NCBI GenBank assembly: GCA_007133365.1
Contig: SLMV01000044.1
Coordinates: 1 to 37,618, forward strand
Origin: Clostridia bacterium
Lineage (GTDB): Bacteria > Bacillota > Sulfobacillia > SLMV01
Direction of reading: 5' to 3'
DNA length: 37,618 bases
Position numbers and translations under genes: made by a program. The notes under the pieces were generated by a model. That model made no database searches. It saw only the letters and a program-made list of their open reading frames with translations, and was not told the origin of the DNA. How positions within the stretch are numbered: the stretch's first letter is position 1; every line of letters starts with the position of its first letter. This document shows positions 33,287-37,618 of the stretch, in pieces.

Positions 33287-34924
33287 TCATCGCGCCCTAT
33301 AAACCCTACCGCTTCGATGGCGAAGCACCTGCCCGCTCCGAGCATCCGTCCGTTCGCCCCGGGCCACCGCGATGGTCCCGTTGACCAGCACCCATTCCAC
33401 GCCCTTGGGGGGTACGAGCGGCGACGCATAGGTGGCCAAACTGTCGATACGGGTCGGGTCCATCACCACCAAATCGGCCGCCCATCCCTTTTTGATGCGA
33501 CCCCGACGGGAAAGCTGCAGTCTCTTTGCCGGCACCGACGTCATTTTCGCCACCGCCTCAGGCCACGACAGCGTTCTCTGCCGTCGAACGAATTCACCGA
33601 AAACCCGAGGGAAGGCACCGCTCAGTCGGGGGTGAGGGTGCGGACCATAGATGCCATCCGAACAAAACATGCCCGCAGCATGCCCCATGGCGGGGATGAT
33701 ATCCGCGTCCTCCCCCCAAAAACTCACCATGGTGGCCGCCCCCCTTTCCTCTAGCACCAGAGCCATCAAAACATCGAGGGGGTCCTCGCCTCGCTGGTCA
33801 GCAATTTCTTCCAACGTCTTGCCGATCACATCGGCATTGGCCGCACTTCGCACCCAGGCGATCATGACCGCGGACGGACCGCCCCGTTCCTCCCAAATCG
33901 AAGGGCCCTCATCCCCCAACATCGCCCGCTTCATCTTTCGACGATGATCGGGGTCCGCCAATCGGCCGAGCAGCGCTTCGGAACCGCCGGCGTGGGCCCA
34001 CCCCGGCAGAAGGGCATCGAGTACGGTGCTGCCGGCGGCATAAGGGTATTGGTCAAACGTGATATCTAAACCGTCCGAACGCGCCCGATCAATGGCATCA
34101 AGGAGCGCCGGCCAGAGCGGCCGATTGGGTTTGCCCGCAACCTTAAGATGCGAAATATGAACGGGGCAACCGCTCGCTTTCGCCACCTGCCGCATCTCGT
34201 CAAAGGCCGCCAAGACGTTGCTCGATTCGTTTCGCATATGCACCACGACAAAGCCGTCGTTGGCCGCGGTCGAACGGGCCAATGCCGTGAGTTCCTCGGT
34301 GTTCGCATAGGCACTTGGGGGATAAATGAGGCCGAAGGACAGCCCAAAGGCCCCGGCATCCATCCCGGAGGCAATCGCCCGTCCCATCTGTTCATCGGCC
34401 GCCGGGTTGCTCAGCACCGCATCGGTGCCCAACGCGGTACCGCGAAGGGGACCATGGGGCACCAGATAGGCGACGTTCACTTCCGGCGGAAGCGCAGCCA
34501 CCGCTTCCAGATATTCCGGGATCGTCGACCATGCCCACGGCAAGGGCAACTCCCCCAACAGGCCCGCCAATCGCGTCTGCCACTCCCGCTGCTGGTTCGG
34601 GGGCACCGGTGCCACGGATAATCCGTCTTGACCTAAAACTTCCGTCGTTACCCCTTGCCGGAGTTTGACTCCGACACCCTCGGGGCGAAACAAGGCCAAA
34701 TCCGAGTGCGAATGCATATCGATAAAGCCCGGTGTCACCACTTTCCCCCTGGCATCAATCACCGGATGATAAGGTGAGCGCTCCGATGGGGGCAGTGCGT
34801 CTTCCCCTATCGGTCGGACATCCGCTATTTCACCCCGGTCGATGAGAATATCGGCCAAAAACCCAGGCCGGTCCGTCCCATCGAAGACCGTGCCGCCCGT
34901 GATCCAGATCCCGTCCCTTACCAT
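33287..34924 (-). CDS. N-acyl-D-amino-acid deacylase (D-aminoacylase) family amidohydrolase
   Basis: 545-aa ORF. VVTPGFIDMHSHSDL (HxH metal site), the overall COG3653 layout and a C-terminal beta-sandwich return (DLVVMDP...V..VLVNG). ATG 34924 has GAAGGAGG 9 nt upstream. Confidence 0.85.
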   Translation of the reverse strand: MVRDGIWITGGTVFDGTDRPGFLADILIDRGEIADVRPIGEDALPPSERSPYHPVIDARGKVVTPGFIDMHSHSDLALFRPEGVGVKLRQGVTTEVLGQDGLSVAPVPPNQQREWQTRLAGLLGELPLPWAWSTIPEYLEAVAALPPEVNVAYLVPHGPLRGTALGTDAVLSNPAADEQMGRAIASGMDAGAFGLSFGLIYPPSAYANTEELTALARSTAANDGFVVVHMRNESSNVLAAFDEMRQVAKASGCPVHISHLKVAGKPNRPLWPALLDAIDRARSDGLDITFDQYPYAAGSTVLDALLPGWAHAGGSEALLGRLADPDHRRKMKRAMLGDEGPSIWEERGGPSAVMIAWVRSAANADVIGKTLEEIADQRGEDPLDVLMALVLEERGAATMVSFWGEDADIIPAMGHAAGMFCSDGIYGPHPHPRLSGAFPRVFGEFVRRQRTLSWPEAVAKMTSVPAKRLQLSRRGRIKKGWAADLVVMDPTRIDSLATYASPLVPPKGVEWVLVNGTIAVARGERTDARSGQVLRHRSGRVYRAR

Positions 34925-35131
34925 ATCTCGGTGCCTCCTTCATCCAATCTTCCCTTTTCTTTTCGTGACCAACCGCCGGGAATCCTTCCGTCGTCCTGAT
35001 CGGACCACCCAAAATAATGTTCCTTTTCGATGCCCCGAATCCCCCGGGCATCACCGCTGGTCGACGACGGCATTTGGGGATACACTAAGGGGGAAACGAT
35101 ATTGTCGATTGTTTGGGATGGAGGCATCATC

Positions 35132-36364
35132 ATGACACCAGCGAAATGGAACATCGACGCCGTTCGCGCTCAGTTTCCGGCGTTGTCCTTATCCGTCAAC
35201 GGCCAACCGGCCGCCTTCTTCGACGGGCCCGGCGGTACCCAGGTGCCCAATCGGGTCCTCGAGGCCGTCTCCACATATTTGACCCGACAAAACGCCAATC
35301 GTCACGGACAATTTCACACCAGCGCTGAAACGGATCGGATCATTGACAAAAGTCGGCATCAACTTGCCACGCTTTTAAACGCCCACCGGGACGAGATCGC
35401 CTTCGGCGCCAACATGACCACCTTAAACTTCGCCCTGGCACACGCACTCGCCCGGGATCTCGAAGCAGGCGACGAGGTCATTGTCACCGATTTGGATCAC
35501 GAGGCCAATCGCGCGCCTTGGTTCATGCTCAAAGAAAAGGGCGTGATCGTTCGTCGGGTTCCCGTCGACCTCGCCACCTGCACCCTCGACATGACCGCCT
35601 TTTCGAACCAACTTTCCGATCGTACGCGCATCATCGCCGTGACAGCCGCATCCAATGCCGTCGGAACCATCCCTGATCTAAGCGAAATCCGACAGCGGAC
35701 ACCAAAAGCCATCCTGGTAGTTGACGGCGTGCATTACGCCCCCCACGAGGTGAGCGATATGCGCAAATGGGATTGCGACTTTTTCCTTTGTTCCGCCTAT
35801 AAATTCTTTGGTCCGCACATCGGCATCCTTTACGGGAAGCGAAACGCCTTCGAAGCGCTCCAAACCGACCGGGTCCGGGCGCAACAACCCACCATTCCGC
35901 ACCGCATCGAAACCGGCACCTTAAACCACGAAGGCATCGCCGGGGCCGGGGCGGCGGTTTCCTTTATGATGGATCCGGAAGGCGAACATCTCGACCGCCC
36001 GCCCGAAGGGGGCCGGGAACGCCTCGTCGGGCAAATCCGCCGGATGAAGGCCTACGAACACGGTTTGATGAAAGACCTTTTGGATGGTCTTGACGCCATC
36101 CCCGGCCTCAAACCCTTGGGCGCCCCCGATAGCGAAAATCGCACACCCACCGTCAGTTTCACCATGGAAGGGTGTCCGGCCCCACAGGTGGCACGCCAGC
36201 TGGCCGAGCGGGGCATTTTTGTCTGGGACGGCGATTTTTACGCCACCACCCTCATCGAACAGTTAGGCCTTAGCGAATCCGGGGTGGTCAGAGTCGGGCT
36301 CGCGCCTTATAATACTCAAGACGAAGTCATGCGGTTATTGGACGCCCTCGAGCGGTGCCAATAA
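35132..36364 (+). CDS. Class V aminotransferase / cysteine-desulfurase-family protein (VC1184-like subfamily)
   Basis: VRAQFPAL...AAFFDGPGGTQVPNRVLEAV...NANRHGQFHTS at the N-terminus, and CSAYKFFGPHIG with the PLP lysine. ATG 35132 has GGAGG 7 nt upstream. The ORF track extends to 35030. Confidence 0.85.
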   Translation: MTPAKWNIDAVRAQFPALSLSVNGQPAAFFDGPGGTQVPNRVLEAVSTYLTRQNANRHGQFHTSAETDRIIDKSRHQLATLLNAHRDEIAFGANMTTLNFALAHALARDLEAGDEVIVTDLDHEANRAPWFMLKEKGVIVRRVPVDLATCTLDMTAFSNQLSDRTRIIAVTAASNAVGTIPDLSEIRQRTPKAILVVDGVHYAPHEVSDMRKWDCDFFLCSAYKFFGPHIGILYGKRNAFEALQTDRVRAQQPTIPHRIETGTLNHEGIAGAGAAVSFMMDPEGEHLDRPPEGGRERLVGQIRRMKAYEHGLMKDLLDGLDAIPGLKPLGAPDSENRTPTVSFTMEGCPAPQVARQLAERGIFVWDGDFYATTLIEQLGLSESGVVRVGLAPYNTQDEVMRLLDALERCQ

Positions 36365-36385
36365 GCGGAACAGGCAGGGATCGCA

Positions 36386-37051
36386 TTGGTATATCAAAAA
36401 CTCATTCCGCTGGGCGGCCTGCTCCTCCTTTTGCTCTTGCTTGGGCTGGCGTTGACCCAGTTAGACGTGGTGGACATCTCGCCTGAGGGGATCGAAACGG
36501 CCATCGAGGAGACCCCCACCCGCGTGGCACCCTTTTTGTTTTTAGGGCTGGCCGCCTTGCGGGGATTCTTTTTCGTGCCCGTCTCCTCCTTTACCATTGC
36601 CGCCGGACTGTTGTTTGGGCCCGTGTATGGTCCCTTATGGGGGCTTTTCGCGGTGTTCGTAGGCGCCATGGGCCCGTTCTTCCTCGCGCGCGTTTTCGGT
36701 CGGCAACACATTGAGCCCCTCTTAAAACAAGCCGATACCGGCAACCTCGCGACGGCCGAAGCCATCCTGACCCAAAAGGGGTTTGTGGGGATTTTACTGC
36801 TTCGGCTCATTCCCTTCCCCCCGTTTGATGCCATCAGCTACCTCTCCGGGGTGAGCGGCGTCCGGGTGTCCCGCTACGCAGCCGGAACCACCGTCGGCAG
36901 TCTCCCCGGTCTCGTGGCCTGGAGCCTGCTCGGGAGCGCCCTTTCCCAACCCCTGTCCCCGCTATTTTTCACCGCCATTGGTATCATCATCCTCCAGAGC
37001 CTATCCGGCGGCTGGTTACTTCGTCATCTTTTCACCGCCAACGGCCGCTGA
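36386..37051 (+). CDS. TVP38/TMEM64 (DedA-related) family membrane protein
   Basis: 221-aa ORF, multi-TM, with the family core FVPVSSFTIAAGLLFGPVYGPLWGLFAVFVGAMGPFFLARVFGR. TTG start. Confidence 0.8.
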   Translation: MVYQKLIPLGGLLLLLLLLGLALTQLDVVDISPEGIETAIEETPTRVAPFLFLGLAALRGFFFVPVSSFTIAAGLLFGPVYGPLWGLFAVFVGAMGPFFLARVFGRQHIEPLLKQADTGNLATAEAILTQKGFVGILLLRLIPFPPFDAISYLSGVSGVRVSRYAAGTTVGSLPGLVAWSLLGSALSQPLSPLFFTAIGIIILQSLSGGWLLRHLFTANGR

Positions 37052-37194
37052 GCCGGACCCGATGACGGGAATGATCCTCCCGGACGTCACCTTCCGGGAT
37101 CCGCCCATTCTTCCCTTAACCTTTCAAAATGATAAGATCAAAGGAGGAATCCCGCTTCGGATGCCAACCGACTTTATGAAAGGAAGGAATTTCG

Positions 37195-37618
37195 ATGAAA
37201 TTACGTCCACCCAACCGCCGTCACTTGGTCGAAGCCGCCCTGGGGCAGCGCCCGGTCGACCTATTGATCCACAATGTCCGAATGGTCAACGTCTTCTCCG
37301 GTGAGATTTATCCGGCGGCTGTGGCCGTTTATGATGGCTTCATCGCGCACGTCGAACCCGCCGACCCGGACGATGATGGCCCGTTACCTGCCATCAATGC
37401 CCACGCCACCCTTGATGGCGAGGGACTGCACTTACTGCCCGGCCTCATCGATTCGCATGTTCACATCGAAAGCAGCATGATGACGCCCGCCAACTTTGCT
37501 CGCACCGTCCTTCCCCACGGCACCACCACCGCCATCACCGACCCCCACGAGATCGCCAACGTTTTGGGGATGGAGGGGATCGACTACATGCTCAAGGCGG
37601 GCGCCGACCTTCCCATGC
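37195..37618 (+). CDS. ade: Adenine deaminase, N-terminal part (runs off the window end)
   Basis: The frame is open to the window end, so it is missing from the ORF track. It reads MKLRPPNRRHLVEAALGQRPVDLLIHNVRMVNVFSGEIY...LLPGLIDSHVHIESSMMTPANFARTVLPHGTTTAITDPHEIANVLGMEGIDYML, the adenine deaminase signature. GGAAGGAA SD upstream. Confidence 0.9.
   Translation, partial: MKLRPPNRRHLVEAALGQRPVDLLIHNVRMVNVFSGEIYPAAVAVYDGFIAHVEPADPDDDGPLPAINAHATLDGEGLHLLPGLIDSHVHIESSMMTPANFARTVLPHGTTTAITDPHEIANVLGMEGIDYMLKAGADLPM

Noticed and set aside
37139-37304. Strong SD-like AAAGGAGGAA (37139-37148) followed by ATG 37161 and a 48-codon frame overlapping the adenine deaminase start.
   Set aside because: The SD-to-ATG spacing is about 12 nt. 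The frame overlaps ade out of frame and its product is Pro/Arg/Gly-rich. The ade frame beginning at ATG 37195 carries the unmistakable conserved signature. This is probably incidental purine-rich sequence.
1-37618. Scan for CRISPR arrays, rRNA/tRNA genes, transposases, integrases, phage genes, toxin-antitoxin pairs and known defence-system genes.
   Set aside because: I saw no regularly spaced repeats. No ORF carries DDE/tyrosine-recombinase, Cas, restriction-modification or abortive-infection hallmarks. Apart from the 16-nt tandem repeat and the hairpins listed, I saw no repeated sequence. The window looks like core chromosome plus metabolic operons.

Overview
This window is a chromosomal, mostly housekeeping segment of a moderately GC-rich Gram-positive (Bacillota-type) genome; GC was judged by eye, not computed. 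About 30 of the ~35 genes lie on the minus strand.

The backbone is the conserved Firmicute block, read right to left: rodZ, a BshC-like gene, rimO, cinA, thpR, recA, recX, rny, ymdB, then miaB and mutS. The sporulation genes found here in Bacillus (spoVS, cotE) are absent, and so is pgsA.

Two metabolic modules sit in or beside this backbone:
- A tightly overlapping set (4.7-11.8 kb): 2-oxoacid:ferredoxin oxidoreductase alpha/beta/gamma, M19 dipeptidase, PHP phosphoesterase and an ADP-forming acyl-CoA synthetase.
- A same-strand run (28.2-34.9 kb): D-aminoacylase, URO-D-like protein, ALS-like TPP enzyme, class I aminotransferase and a guanidino-modifying (DDAH/amidinotransferase-fold) hydrolase. 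A class V aminotransferase, a TVP38 membrane protein and adenine deaminase follow on the plus strand.

I recognise no rRNA, tRNA, CRISPR array, transposase, integrase or known defence genes, and I cannot point to a clear-cut novel system.

The items most worth a second look:
1. A strong SD+ATG lies one base out of frame with mutS, and the two frames meet at an A8 tract.
2. A consensus LexA (Cheo) box sits in a promoter overlapping the cinA stop codon and would drive thpR-recA-recX.
3. A consensus sigma-A promoter lies ~390 nt upstream of rny, and the leader ends in a terminator-like hairpin.
4. A BshC-family homologue with apparently degenerate motifs is translationally coupled to rimO.
5. The aminotransferase / TPP enzyme / guanidino-hydrolase operon resembles an AruH/AruI arginine-transaminase route with a different guanidino-removing enzyme.
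6. An exact 16-nt tandem duplication and two mini-ORFs lie in the gaps of that operon.

All functional calls come from reading motifs by eye. No searches were run.
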